Shown here: piece after piece, positions 26,152 through 35,684 of the stretch
How positions within the stretch are numbered: the first letter of the stretch is position 1
Layout of the letters: each line of letters starts with the position of its first letter
Assembly: GCA_903831095.1 (NCBI GenBank)
Contig: CAIKWD010000011.1
Location: forward strand, 5,706-69,705
Length of the DNA stretch: 64,000 bases
Direction of reading: 5' to 3'
DNA from: Candidatus Staskawiczbacteria bacterium
GTDB lineage: Bacteria > Patescibacteriota > Minisyncoccia > Minisyncoccales > Staskawiczbacteraceae
The notes under the pieces: model-generated
What the model was told of the DNA's origin: nothing
Database searches by the model: none
Seen by the model: the letters and a program-made list of their open reading frames with translations, nothing else
Position numbers and translations under genes: made by a program

Positions 26152-26637
26152 TTATTTTTTTTCTTTTTCTAATTTTTCCTCTTTATCTTTTTTTTCCTGT
26201 TCGTCGGCTTGTTCCTTATCTCCTCCCAATTCCTTGTAAACTGTTCCTAAAACTCCGTTTACAAATTTCCCCGATGTCTGCCCTGAAAATGTTTTTGCTA
26301 ATTCAATTGATTCGTTTATGGCAACTTTTGGCGGAACTTCTTTCTTATCTGCGTATAACAATTCAAACAATCCTATTCTTAGAACATTCCTATCTATTAC
26401 TGCTATTTGAGCCAAAGGCCATTCTGGTGCTGCAGTTTCAATAATCTTGTTAAGCTCGGCTAAATGCTTTTCAATGCCCTCTATCAACTGCCAGATAAAT
26501 CCCAATTCTTCCAAGCCAGGCCCAAAATCCTTGATATTTCTTTCGACAATACTTTTTAATGCGGGTTTACAATTATAGAAATCCCACTCGTACAGCGATT
26601 GCAATACTATTGAACGTGATAAGTGCCTTGAAGCCAT
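26152..26637 (-). CDS. nusB: Transcription antitermination factor NusB
   Basis: [14 protein letters not shown]..., [15 protein letters not shown] and [10 protein letters not shown]. Has a Lys/Glu-rich tail. Confidence 0.85.
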   Translation of the reverse strand: MASRHLSRSIVLQSLYEWDFYNCKPALKSIVERNIKDFGPGLEELGFIWQLIEGIEKHLAELNKIIETAAPEWPLAQIAVIDRNVLRIGLFELLYADKKEVPPKVAINESIELAKTFSGQTSGKFVNGVLGTVYKELGGDKEQADEQEKKDKEEKLEKEKK

Positions 26638-26645
26638 GTATTAAA

Positions 26646-26933
26646 TTACTTCTTTTGAGACATTTCTTCCATTGTTAGTGGATTGTCTTTTTTCTGCTCT
26701 TTTTCTACTTGCTGAATTTCTTTTTCTCTAGCTTTCTTGTCTTTCTTGGTAAGCTTTGCCATTACATTTAAAACCTCATTTCCCTTGTAAAATCCGCAAT
26801 TTAAACAAACTGTATGGGACAAAATTGGTTTTTTGCATTTTGGACAAACGCTCAAGTACACCTTTTTGATGTATTTGTGCATTCGGCTCTTGCCGACTTT
26901 CGCACGTGTATGACCTTGTTTTGGTACTGCCAT
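26646..26933 (-). CDS. rpmF: 50S ribosomal protein L32 with Lys/Glu-rich C-terminal extension
   Basis: MAVPKQGHTRAKVGKSRMH...CPKCKKPILSHTVCLNCGFYKG is the L32 core. About 35 extra residues. Confidence 0.85.
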   Translation of the reverse strand: MAVPKQGHTRAKVGKSRMHKYIKKVYLSVCPKCKKPILSHTVCLNCGFYKGNEVLNVMAKLTKKDKKAREKEIQQVEKEQKKDNPLTMEEMSQKK

Positions 26934-27003
26934 GTCTATGTATATTTAAGCTAATTTTTAATATTTATATTGTATAACAAATATTGGAAAGTTGCAATAG
27001 TCG

Positions 27004-27031
27004 CAAACAAAAAGCCCTTAGCATGGGGCTT
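27004..27031 (-). terminator. Terminator after the giant-protein gene cluster
   Basis: Minus strand: AAAAGCCCC-ATGCTAA-GGGCTTTTTGTTTG (short GC stem plus U-run). T-runs on both sides. Confidence 0.55.
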
Positions 27032-27042
27032 TTTGATAGATT

Positions 27043-30000
27043 TTACTGGAATGGAGATATTTCCTTCCACTCTGGCACCGCAGTATTATGGATTGAAATA
27101 GATAAATTAGTTGTTTTACTACAATTTCCAAAATTACCAAATACATCTGGAAGGGTTTTGTCAGTAATTGTTAACGTAATAACATGTACTCCTGCAGTAT
27201 CAAAAGTAATAGGACCAGGGTCAAAAGAAAGAACATTTTGGGAAATAATTTTTTCAATTTTATTATGTCCATTAGCATCTATTCCTCCACCAAAATCCCA
27301 ATCATATACAAAGTTTTTCTCTGCTTCTAGATGATTTGCTACCAAATCTTTACACAAAGGAGATTCAATACCATGAGTATCATTGTAATAACAAATAGAA
27401 TTATCAACAATTGTTATTGGTTCTTTAATCAAGAAATTCTGTTTGTTATTCTCAATGCTTATAGATGGAGCAGGCCATGGATGTGGGCCTTTATTAATAA
27501 GAGCACTTGCCCCAGCTGCAGCCAATGAACCTTTGCTATAGCTTACTGTTACGTTTTGTCCTTCGAATATAGTGCTAGAACTATCCAATGCCAAATTCAC
27601 AATATTTGGGTGAACAAGGTCTAATGAAGCACTAGCAATATTGTATTCAACTCCGCCAACTTTTACTGTAAACTGAGATTTTACCAAAGTTTGAGGATCG
27701 ATAACTTTATCAAAAGATACTGCAACAATTGTACCTTGCTCATTTACTACAATGTTAGTAATTTTAGGAGCTGCAACTGTTGTGGTAAAGGTTAAATAAG
27801 CAGACGCCCAAGTTGTACCAATACTATTAGATGCTTTAGCTGAAAAATAATATAATTTTTCAGAAGTCAAACCTGTAATATCTTTGGAAAAATCTGCTGC
27901 TCCCTGAGCCTGAGAATATGTATAACTATGATCCCATACTCCAGGAGTTTGTCCGCCGTCGTTGTCCCCCCAGTAAACTGTGACAGTTGGATTTTCTCCT
28001 CCTGTATCTGAAATACTTCCATTTATAGTAGCAGTATCTGATGCTACGTTTGTCGCAGGACTTAATGAAATATCAGGAGCTGTTTTCACATTTTCCGCAG
28101 ATTGAGGATAACTTATAAGTACAACTCCAGAACCTCCGCCTGCACAAGCGCCTCCTCCACCTCCTGTATTTGCCATTCCACCAACACTCATATTTCCTCC
28201 TCCACCATATCCACCAACGCCATTATGCCCACTTCCATAGCCGCCTCCGCCTCCTGCAAAATATCCACTTTGACCAAAGTCAATAAATTGAGGAAAATAT
28301 AATCCAACACCTCCATTGCCTCCATACTCTCCATAGCCTGCATTTTCTCCAACCCCTCCAGCGCCTCCTCCACCACTAGCACCAACATCTTCTCCGCAAG
28401 TTCCATGTCCACCATCATTACCTTGGCCAGGAGTCCCAACAGCAGTTCCACAATTCCAATCTTTACCTCCTCCTCCGCCAGAACCACCAGAACCACCATC
28501 ACTATAAGTTGCTCCACCCAAACCTCCACCTATTGCAACAATTCCATCAAAAACTGAATTTTGTCCTTTGCTTTGCCCACCTCCGCCAGCTCCGATTGTT
28601 ACGTTATATGTATTAAAAATTCCTGATGAAAGAACATGAGCATCATAATGTAACAAACCACCAGCTCCTCCTCCGCCACCAATCCAATAACCAGAACAAC
28701 CACCACCTCCACCTCCTGCTACAACAAGAGTTTCAACTTTTTTCAAAATAGCACTGGTGTTGGTAAATACTCCATTAGAATTAAATGCATGGACACATCT
28801 CATATTAGGAGTTGAGGTTCTACTAATATTCACAAGTTTTACATCTCCTCCAGAAGCAGAACAACTTGCCACAAAATCTAAAGAAGCAGTTGGCCAGCTT
28901 GTGCCAATACTGTTGGTTGCAGAAGCAGAAAAATAATACTTTGTACCAGGAATTAATCCGGAAATATTTTTACTGAAGTTGCCCAATCCTTGAGGTTGTG
29001 AATAAGTATATTTATGATCCCAATTGCCTACTATTTTCTTTCCATCATTATCACCCCAGTAAACTGTAACTATTGGATTTTCTCCACCAGTAGAACCAAT
29101 GTTTCCATTTAAAGTAGCAGCATTTAATCCCATATTTGTCGGTACATTTAAATTGACAGACGGAGTTGAAGCACCATAACTTACAATAACAATACCCGAA
29201 CCTCCATTTCCACCTTTATTATTTGCGTTATAATGAGATCCTCCGCCTCCCCCTCCGCCAGTATTTGCCCCAGCATCTCCTCCAGGCATATTAGTCTGGC
29301 TGTTTGGTGAACCACCTCCACCCCCATTTCCATTATTATATCCTGCACCTCCATAAGTTGTACCAACAGCTCCTCCTCCGCCACCTCCTATTCCGCCATT
29401 TCCTCCAGTTGACAAAGTATATGAAGCTCCCCCGCCTCCACCGCCCCAATAATAATCAGTTCCTAAAATATTATTTAAAATTCCAGGCCCCCCATTTGGT
29501 TGATTTGGACCATCTGCACCAGCTCCGCCAGCTCCTCCTCCACCGCCAGAATAATAATTGCTATTATTACTATTTCCTCCTCTATAACCTTGTCCAGAAA
29601 CCCCAACTCCACCAGCTACAGATCTGCTTGGCGTGTATCCTGAAGCTCCTCCGCCTGAACCACCAGCTGCGCCTGCTGCACCTGGAGCGTAGTCTTGATA
29701 TGAACTGCCACCATGTCCTCCACCTATTGCGGTTAAATTTCCAAAACTAGAATTACCGCCATTTGTCGCTGGAATAGAATATTGATGGCTTCCTGGTTGT
29801 CCTTCAGTCCCTGCAGCTGGCGCTCCTTTTCCACCGGCACCAACTACAACAGGCACTGCTGTTCCTGGGGTTAATCCAATTGATTGCCTATAAACTACTC
29901 CTCCGCCTCCGCCTCCACCACCCATATCCATTCCTCCACCTCCACCGCCAGCAACAACAAAAACCTCTGCATAAGATACTCCACTAGCAGGGACAAATGT

Positions 30001-33000
30001 CCCGCTTGATGTAAAAGTGTTTATGCATCTCCCATTATGAGACGTAATAGTTCCTCCCGTACTTGGACATCCTTCCACATGAGTGTAATCGGGGGTAGTA
30101 AAACTTGCTGAATATGGAGCCCACGTAGTACCTGCGGTATTTTTACCTCTTGCAGAAAAATAATATTTAGTTTTAGGATTTAAACTACCTATGTCTATAC
30201 TGAATTTTCCTATTCCTTGAGGTTGAATTGGAGTATCTGGAATAAAACTATGTTGCCATTTCCCTGCTGCTTTCAAACCATCCTCTGTGCCCCAAAATAC
30301 TGTAATAGTTGCATCCAAACCTGTGCTACCCAATGTTCCATTTAATGTGGCAGTTGATGGAGCTATGTTAGTAGCATCATCCATCAATAAATTAGGCTTT
30401 GCTTGTAAATCTATAAAGAAATCATCCTTCAAATTAAAATAACTATTGTAATCTGGATGGGAAACACATGGTATTGTATGCACGCCTCCGCATCCGCTGT
30501 ACCCCCAATATGACCACCAATAACATCCCGATATCGTAGAACAACTCGTTGGGTCTCCATAATAATCCCCACAATTTATATTCCAATCAGGTTCCCAGCA
30601 AGTGCAATCGCTTGTAGTCACACTTCTTCCTAATCTTTTAGCTGAAGGACAATACAATTGCTGGCTGAAATAAGAATCCCAATAATTTGCCACGCAGTTT
30701 CCGTCAGAAGTTCCTTTTACTCCTACACTATCACAATTTCCATCAGCCAAAACATAATTAGACATATAATCTGAACATTGTCCACCCCAATAAGACCAAT
30801 CACTCCCAGGATTATTAGTAAACAAATTTTTGCAGGCTGAAGAGCAGGCGCCATTTGCAGGGTCGCAGGTGCTAGCAGGAGGAATATCTTCACCTGGCAA
30901 AGCATCTCCTAAGACAAATCTCTGATATTGAAATCCTGTAAAATCTCCAGAAGAGATAGTATCTGCTTCACCATATCCATCAAAAAGAAAATCTTTGATT
31001 ATACTCCCACTAGAAGTATTAATTTTTACAAAGTACGGGATATAATATCCATAAGTTGCACCTTCATATTGGTAAGAAGCACCATACAAACTAACAACCC
31101 AGAGATTTTCACTATCATCAATGCTTATTGCGCTTGGGTTATATGAATAATAATGACCCATATAACTGCCAGTAGAGCCATTTATTTTTACTATTCCACT
31201 TTGATTAGTAATATAAACATTATCAGAGCCGTCTATTGCTATTTTACCAAAAACGCCACTAGTGTCACGATCACCGGCCCCGAATGTCCCAATTAAATTT
31301 CCCGTATAACCATCCAATTTTGTAACTGTTCCATCGTAATTATTTACAACCCAAACATTGTTTAAACTATCAACTGCAACTGCTCCAGGCCAAGCTCCAA
31401 CAGTATATGTTCCTAATATAGTTCCAGACTGGTTAACTTTCATAACAACTCCGCCACTTGGATGTGCACCAGCGCCAGTACCATCTGGTTGGTTGGTAAT
31501 CCAGACATTTCCATTGGCATCAGCGGCAATTCCACTGCCAGTGATAGGATAACTTCCTATTAACATCCCTGCTGCACTATATTTTGCGATACCAGAAGTC
31601 AACCTGTAATTAACGTAATTACTATAACTACTCCAGATATTTCCATAAATATCAATTGCTATACCTATATTAGATTCATCTGATAAATAACGAAAATCAT
31701 TATTTCCAGTAGTTGAAGCGCATGTATCTGCGATATGAACATTTCCTAATTCATCTAAGGCTATACCTCCTCCACCTGCATGTCCTTTATTATTGCCTAT
31801 GCCGTCACGATTTCCAGTTTCATAATGATCAACCAAATTCCCAGTTGAGTTGTCAAATTTGGCAACTAAACCATTAGCGTTTGTACACCACCAATCTGGT
31901 GGCACGTATCCCCCCGGGTTATTCATTTGTGCTTCATCATAAGATGTTGGCCCTACTTGAGCACTGTTTAAATAAATATAAGGGGTAGAAACATATGTTG
32001 TTTTGGCAACAAAACTTTTTGATGCTCCTCCTGCCCAAACATCTCCACCTGCATTAGTAACTTTGGCAAAATAATAATATGTTTCTCCTGTCTCCAACTC
32101 AGTAATATTTTGATAAAAATCTCCAGATGTACTAATTTGAGAAACTACAGCACTGTAATCCCAAGAATTGGAATTTGTCCACATATTAGTTGTACCCCAA
32201 TATACAGTGACAATTAAATTGGTTAAGTCAGATGCAGCAATATTTCCTTTTATAACTGCTGAAGAAGACCTTATCTTTGTTGCAGGAAAAAGAGTAATAT
32301 TGCTAGGCAAAGTAGTAAAGTTAGCTGAAGTTAAAGACCAGGCAGTTCCAATACTGTTTGTAGCAGAAACTGTGTAATAATATCTAGTATCAGTATTTAG
32401 TCCTGGAATAAACTTATTAAAATTTCCCATTCTTTGAGGCTGAACTGGGCTTGTGGGTACAGAACTGTGTTGCCAATTGCCTGGCACTTTCCCGCCATCG
32501 CTTGTGCCCCAATATACAGTGACAGTTGGCTTGTCTTTTCCAGTAGATGTAACTTTTCCATTAATAATTGCTGAATTAGGCGCTATATCGGAAGTAGTAT
32601 TTAAACTGACAGCAGGAGGAGCATCTTCTCCAACAAAAAATTTATTTTCCAAATTGAAATATTCCTCGTAATTAGGCAAAACAACACAAGGCAAATTTGT
32701 AGTAAGATCTTTGCATGAGCAATCATCAATATCTATTGTTCTAGCTACTCTTTCACTTGAAGGACATCCAAATCTAGAATTGGTTGTATAATCAAAAATC
32801 CATGCGCAGTCTCCATCTGTGCCAGATATTCCTAATCTGTCGCATAATGGATCTCCACTTATATTGGTATCTAAAGACCAATCATATATGTCGTTACACG
32901 AATTGTCATAGCTATAAGAAAAATCATCACTCCATAAATCACCCAAGTAGAAAATATCTTTACATGTATTAGAACAGCTATTTATAGAAGGATCACATCC

Positions 33001-35637
33001 AAAAGTGCCAGGCAATGTTGTAAAATTCAATGAAGATGCCGGCCAGCTATCTCCAAATTTATTGTGCGCCTTTACAGTAAAATAATATTTGGTTGCATGA
33101 TTTAAACCCATTATATTTTTTAAAAAAGCTCCAACGCCTTGTGGCTGGTCTGGACTTGAAACAACTGAACTGTGTTGCCAGCCAGAAGAATTTTTTTGCC
33201 CATCTATTGTGCCCCAGTATGCAGTGACTGTTGGATTCTCTCCGCCAGTATTGGAAATATTTCCATTAATAGTTGCTACCATTTTTCCTACTTTAGTTGC
33301 AGCACTAATAACAACAGTTGGAACACTAAAAGTAGTAAAACTAAAAAAGGAAGCTGTTGGCCAAGAAATCCCAGCACTATTTGTTGCTCGGGCAGTAAAA
33401 TAATACTTAGTTCCTGGATTTAAACCATTAATAGTTTTACTGAAAACACCAACTCCTTGGGGCTGGTATGGATCAGATACAACAGAACTACTATCCCAAC
33501 CTACCGAAGTATTTCCCTTATTAGTGGTACCCCAAAAAATCATTACAGTTGAATTATCTACTCCAGTATTAGTAATACTTCCGTTTATTGTAGCACTATT
33601 TGAGGTAATATTAGTTACATATGTAGTATAAACAATAGGAAAAGGAGTGGCAGCTAAAGTAGTGAAATTTAAGGAAGATGTAGCCCATATAACCCCAGTG
33701 TCATTAATTGCTCTTGCAGTAACATAATATTTAGTTCCTGGAGTTAATCCAGAAAAATTTTTATAAAAACTTACTACTTCCTGGGGCTGAATTGATGGAC
33801 TGGTTGGATATGAACTATGATCCCAATTTATTGGATTTTTCCCTCCATCTGTAGAACCCCAAAATACTGTTACAGTATTACTGCTACCAAAATAATCTGA
33901 AAAACCTCCACTGACAGTAGCTGTTGTTTGTGTTATAGCCGAGGTACTCAAACTTATTGGTATTACTCCAGCAACAAAACTTAAAGACTGATTAGCCCAA
34001 CTGGTTCCTATATCATTGCTTGCCTTGGCAGTAAAATGATATCTAGTCCCAGCAGTTAATCCGCTGATATTTTTTTCAAATAATCCTGTTTGATTCCCCA
34101 AAACAAAATTATTTTCCCATTTTGATGCATCATTTCCAAAATCATTTTTTCCCCAATATATAGTAACAGACGTGCTACTTCCTCCATCACTAACTACGTT
34201 TCCATTAAGGGTAGCTGTTGTTCCTACTGTATTTGTGGCATCACTCACAGTTACTGTTGGTGGACCATTAGTTTTAAAACCAAGTGAAACAGATGGCCAA
34301 ACAGTTTCAGCAACATTTGTCGCTTTTGCCGTAAAATAATAATTTCTTCCAGGAATCAACCCACTGACATTTAATGAAAAATTTCCAATACCCTGCGGTT
34401 GAGAAGGACTGCTGACAACAGAACTATGTTCCCAGTTTTCTGAAATTTGCCCACCATCGGTTGTGCCCCAATACATGGTAACAGTAGGATTGACTCCTCC
34501 TGTTGATATCACACGACCATTCAAAGTGGCAGTTGTAGACCCAACGGCAGCAGAATTAGTCAAAGCTATATTAAGTCCTCCATTATATGCGACAAGTGTA
34601 GGCGCAGGGGCATTACCACGAAAAATTATCCATCCAGTCAATGGCGGAGTAGAGCTGGTAATACAATTAGTATGGTTCTGTATATCACACAAATAATAAG
34701 GAGTGAATGTTGTATCTGTTGTAGGCATCAATTGCCATCCAGAATCAAATAATATTATATGAGTATCATCTTTGGTATACATTACATGACCATCAGGAGC
34801 TATGTTATTCCAATAAAAACCATTCCAATCAGAAGATCCGGCGTCTTTAACAATATATCCTAAGTTTGATTTTTCAAGTTGAGTATAAAAACTTAAAGAA
34901 GCGGTTGGCCAAATAATATCTTCTGATAAAATGTTTATTGTATTGCTACGTGTTAGATCACTATCTATCCTATCTGACGCAGAAAAATAATATTTAGTGC
35001 CAGGAATCAAATCCGAAACATCCAATAAAAAACTATTACTAGGGCCAGATGTAAGTTGAGTAGAACTGTGTTGCCAATTCTCAGGTACTTTTCCTCCGTC
35101 GGTTGTGCCCCAATACATAGTTATATTATGACCTACTGAATCATCGGTAAAAGCACACTTTAAGGTAGAAGTCGACGACGTTATGCTGACAGCATTATTT
35201 GGTGCGATATCAGTATAATAATCGGTAAAAGTTAAAGGGGCCGAAGGCCATGATATACCTGCACTATTCTCAGCAGAAGCTGAAAAATAATATTTGACCC
35301 CAGAAGTTAAACCATAAAAATCATTAATAAAATTACTTATAGGCTGAGGCTGAGGAGGATTAGTTGGTGCAGAACTGTGTTGCCAATTTCCAGGTACCCT
35401 TCCTCCATCGGTTGTCCCCCAATATATAGTAACACGAGGATTACCTCCAACACTACCAGTTATGTTTCCATTTACACGTATTCGGGAATAATCTGTAAAG
35501 CCAGATGAAATACTAAGAGTAACTGTTAGAGGATCAGACGTAGCAAAAACAGTGTTGCAAATAAAAAAAGCAAAAAACAAGGAAGCTAAAACTACTAGAA
35601 ATAGCTGAACTTTTATTTTTGCTTTTTTAAGTGACAT
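27043..35637 (-). CDS. Giant secreted mosaic surface protein (2864 aa): FN3-like repeats, NHL-type beta-propeller, two glycine-rich domains, Ig-like and PKD-like C-terminus
   Basis: Signal/anchor MSLKKAKIKVQLFLVVLASLFFAFFICNTVFA. Twelve units carry (V/I)T(V/I/M)(Y/F)WG..DGG....W.HS...PQ...PGTKYYF.A.A.N..G..W. Six NHL-like blades (GIALDELGNVHIAD, GIAIDIYGNIWSS, GIAADANGNVWITN, AVAVDSLNNVWVVN, KIAIDGSDNVYITN, AISIDDSENLWVVS). Two blocks start ..F.S.G.F.......(V/L)VVAGGGGGG followed by long G-runs. C-terminal YDWDFGGG. Confidence 0.85.
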   Translation of the reverse strand: MSLKKAKIKVQLFLVVLASLFFAFFICNTVFATSDPLTVTLSISSGFTDYSRIRVNGNITGSVGGNPRVTIYWGTTDGGRVPGNWQHSSAPTNPPQPQPISNFINDFYGLTSGVKYYFSASAENSAGISWPSAPLTFTDYYTDIAPNNAVSITSSTSTLKCAFTDDSVGHNITMYWGTTDGGKVPENWQHSSTQLTSGPSNSFLLDVSDLIPGTKYYFSASDRIDSDLTRSNTINILSEDIIWPTASLSFYTQLEKSNLGYIVKDAGSSDWNGFYWNNIAPDGHVMYTKDDTHIILFDSGWQLMPTTDTTFTPYYLCDIQNHTNCITSSTPPLTGWIIFRGNAPAPTLVAYNGGLNIALTNSAAVGSTTATLNGRVISTGGVNPTVTMYWGTTDGGQISENWEHSSVVSSPSQPQGIGNFSLNVSGLIPGRNYYFTAKATNVAETVWPSVSLGFKTNGPPTVTVSDATNTVGTTATLNGNVVSDGGSSTSVTIYWGKNDFGNDASKWENNFVLGNQTGLFEKNISGLTAGTRYHFTAKASNDIGTSWANQSLSFVAGVIPISLSTSAITQTTATVSGGFSDYFGSSNTVTVFWGSTDGGKNPINWDHSSYPTSPSIQPQEVVSFYKNFSGLTPGTKYYVTARAINDTGVIWATSSLNFTTLAATPFPIVYTTYVTNITSNSATINGSITNTGVDNSTVMIFWGTTNKGNTSVGWDSSSVVSDPYQPQGVGVFSKTINGLNPGTKYYFTARATNSAGISWPTASFFSFTTFSVPTVVISAATKVGKMVATINGNISNTGGENPTVTAYWGTIDGQKNSSGWQHSSVVSSPDQPQGVGAFLKNIMGLNHATKYYFTVKAHNKFGDSWPASSLNFTTLPGTFGCDPSINSCSNTCKDIFYLGDLWSDDFSYSYDNSCNDIYDWSLDTNISGDPLCDRLGISGTDGDCAWIFDYTTNSRFGCPSSERVARTIDIDDCSCKDLTTNLPCVVLPNYEEYFNLENKFFVGEDAPPAVSLNTTSDIAPNSAIINGKVTSTGKDKPTVTVYWGTSDGGKVPGNWQHSSVPTSPVQPQRMGNFNKFIPGLNTDTRYYYTVSATNSIGTAWSLTSANFTTLPSNITLFPATKIRSSSAVIKGNIAASDLTNLIVTVYWGTTNMWTNSNSWDYSAVVSQISTSGDFYQNITELETGETYYYFAKVTNAGGDVWAGGASKSFVAKTTYVSTPYIYLNSAQVGPTSYDEAQMNNPGGYVPPDWWCTNANGLVAKFDNSTGNLVDHYETGNRDGIGNNKGHAGGGGIALDELGNVHIADTCASTTGNNDFRYLSDESNIGIAIDIYGNIWSSYSNYVNYRLTSGIAKYSAAGMLIGSYPITGSGIAADANGNVWITNQPDGTGAGAHPSGGVVMKVNQSGTILGTYTVGAWPGAVAVDSLNNVWVVNNYDGTVTKLDGYTGNLIGTFGAGDRDTSGVFGKIAIDGSDNVYITNQSGIVKINGSTGSYMGHYYSYNPSAISIDDSENLWVVSLYGASYQYEGATYGYYIPYFVKINTSSGSIIKDFLFDGYGEADTISSGDFTGFQYQRFVLGDALPGEDIPPASTCDPANGACSSACKNLFTNNPGSDWSYWGGQCSDYMSNYVLADGNCDSVGVKGTSDGNCVANYWDSYFSQQLYCPSAKRLGRSVTTSDCTCWEPDWNINCGDYYGDPTSCSTISGCYWWSYWGYSGCGGVHTIPCVSHPDYNSYFNLKDDFFIDLQAKPNLLMDDATNIAPSTATLNGTLGSTGLDATITVFWGTEDGLKAAGKWQHSFIPDTPIQPQGIGKFSIDIGSLNPKTKYYFSARGKNTAGTTWAPYSASFTTPDYTHVEGCPSTGGTITSHNGRCINTFTSSGTFVPASGVSYAEVFVVAGGGGGGMDMGGGGGGGGVVYRQSIGLTPGTAVPVVVGAGGKGAPAAGTEGQPGSHQYSIPATNGGNSSFGNLTAIGGGHGGSSYQDYAPGAAGAAGGSGGGASGYTPSRSVAGGVGVSGQGYRGGNSNNSNYYSGGGGGAGGAGADGPNQPNGGPGILNNILGTDYYWGGGGGGASYTLSTGGNGGIGGGGGGAVGTTYGGAGYNNGNGGGGGSPNSQTNMPGGDAGANTGGGGGGGSHYNANNKGGNGGSGIVIVSYGASTPSVNLNVPTNMGLNAATLNGNIGSTGGENPIVTVYWGDNDGKKIVGNWDHKYTYSQPQGLGNFSKNISGLIPGTKYYFSASATNSIGTSWPTASLDFVASCSASGGDVKLVNISRTSTPNMRCVHAFNSNGVFTNTSAILKKVETLVVAGGGGGGCSGYWIGGGGGAGGLLHYDAHVLSSGIFNTYNVTIGAGGGGQSKGQNSVFDGIVAIGGGLGGATYSDGGSGGSGGGGGKDWNCGTAVGTPGQGNDGGHGTCGEDVGASGGGGAGGVGENAGYGEYGGNGGVGLYFPQFIDFGQSGYFAGGGGGYGSGHNGVGGYGGGGNMSVGGMANTGGGGGACAGGGSGVVLISYPQSAENVKTAPDISLSPATNVASDTATINGSISDTGGENPTVTVYWGDNDGGQTPGVWDHSYTYSQAQGAADFSKDITGLTSEKLYYFSAKASNSIGTTWASAYLTFTTTVAAPKITNIVVNEQGTIVAVSFDKVIDPQTLVKSQFTVKVGGVEYNIASASLDLVHPNIVNLALDSSSTIFEGQNVTVSYSKGSLAAAGASALINKGPHPWPAPSISIENNKQNFLIKEPITIVDNSICYYNDTHGIESPLCKDLVANHLEAEKNFVYDWDFGGGIDANGHNKIEKIISQNVLSFDPGPITFDTAGVHVITLTITDKTLPDVFGNFGNCSKTTNLSISIHNTAVPEWKEISPFQ

Positions 35638-35684
35638 TATTTATTTTTATTTCTGTTAATATTTGCTTATTATAACTTATTTTT

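Noticed and set aside
28188-29750. Alternative-frame ORFs 28188-28529, 29181-29384 (-) and 29304-29750 (+)
   Set aside because: They are products of Gly-codon runs (GGN/NCC) within the glycine-rich domains of the 2864-aa gene. Their composition (M/E/V/L or L/H/Q runs) is non-protein-like.
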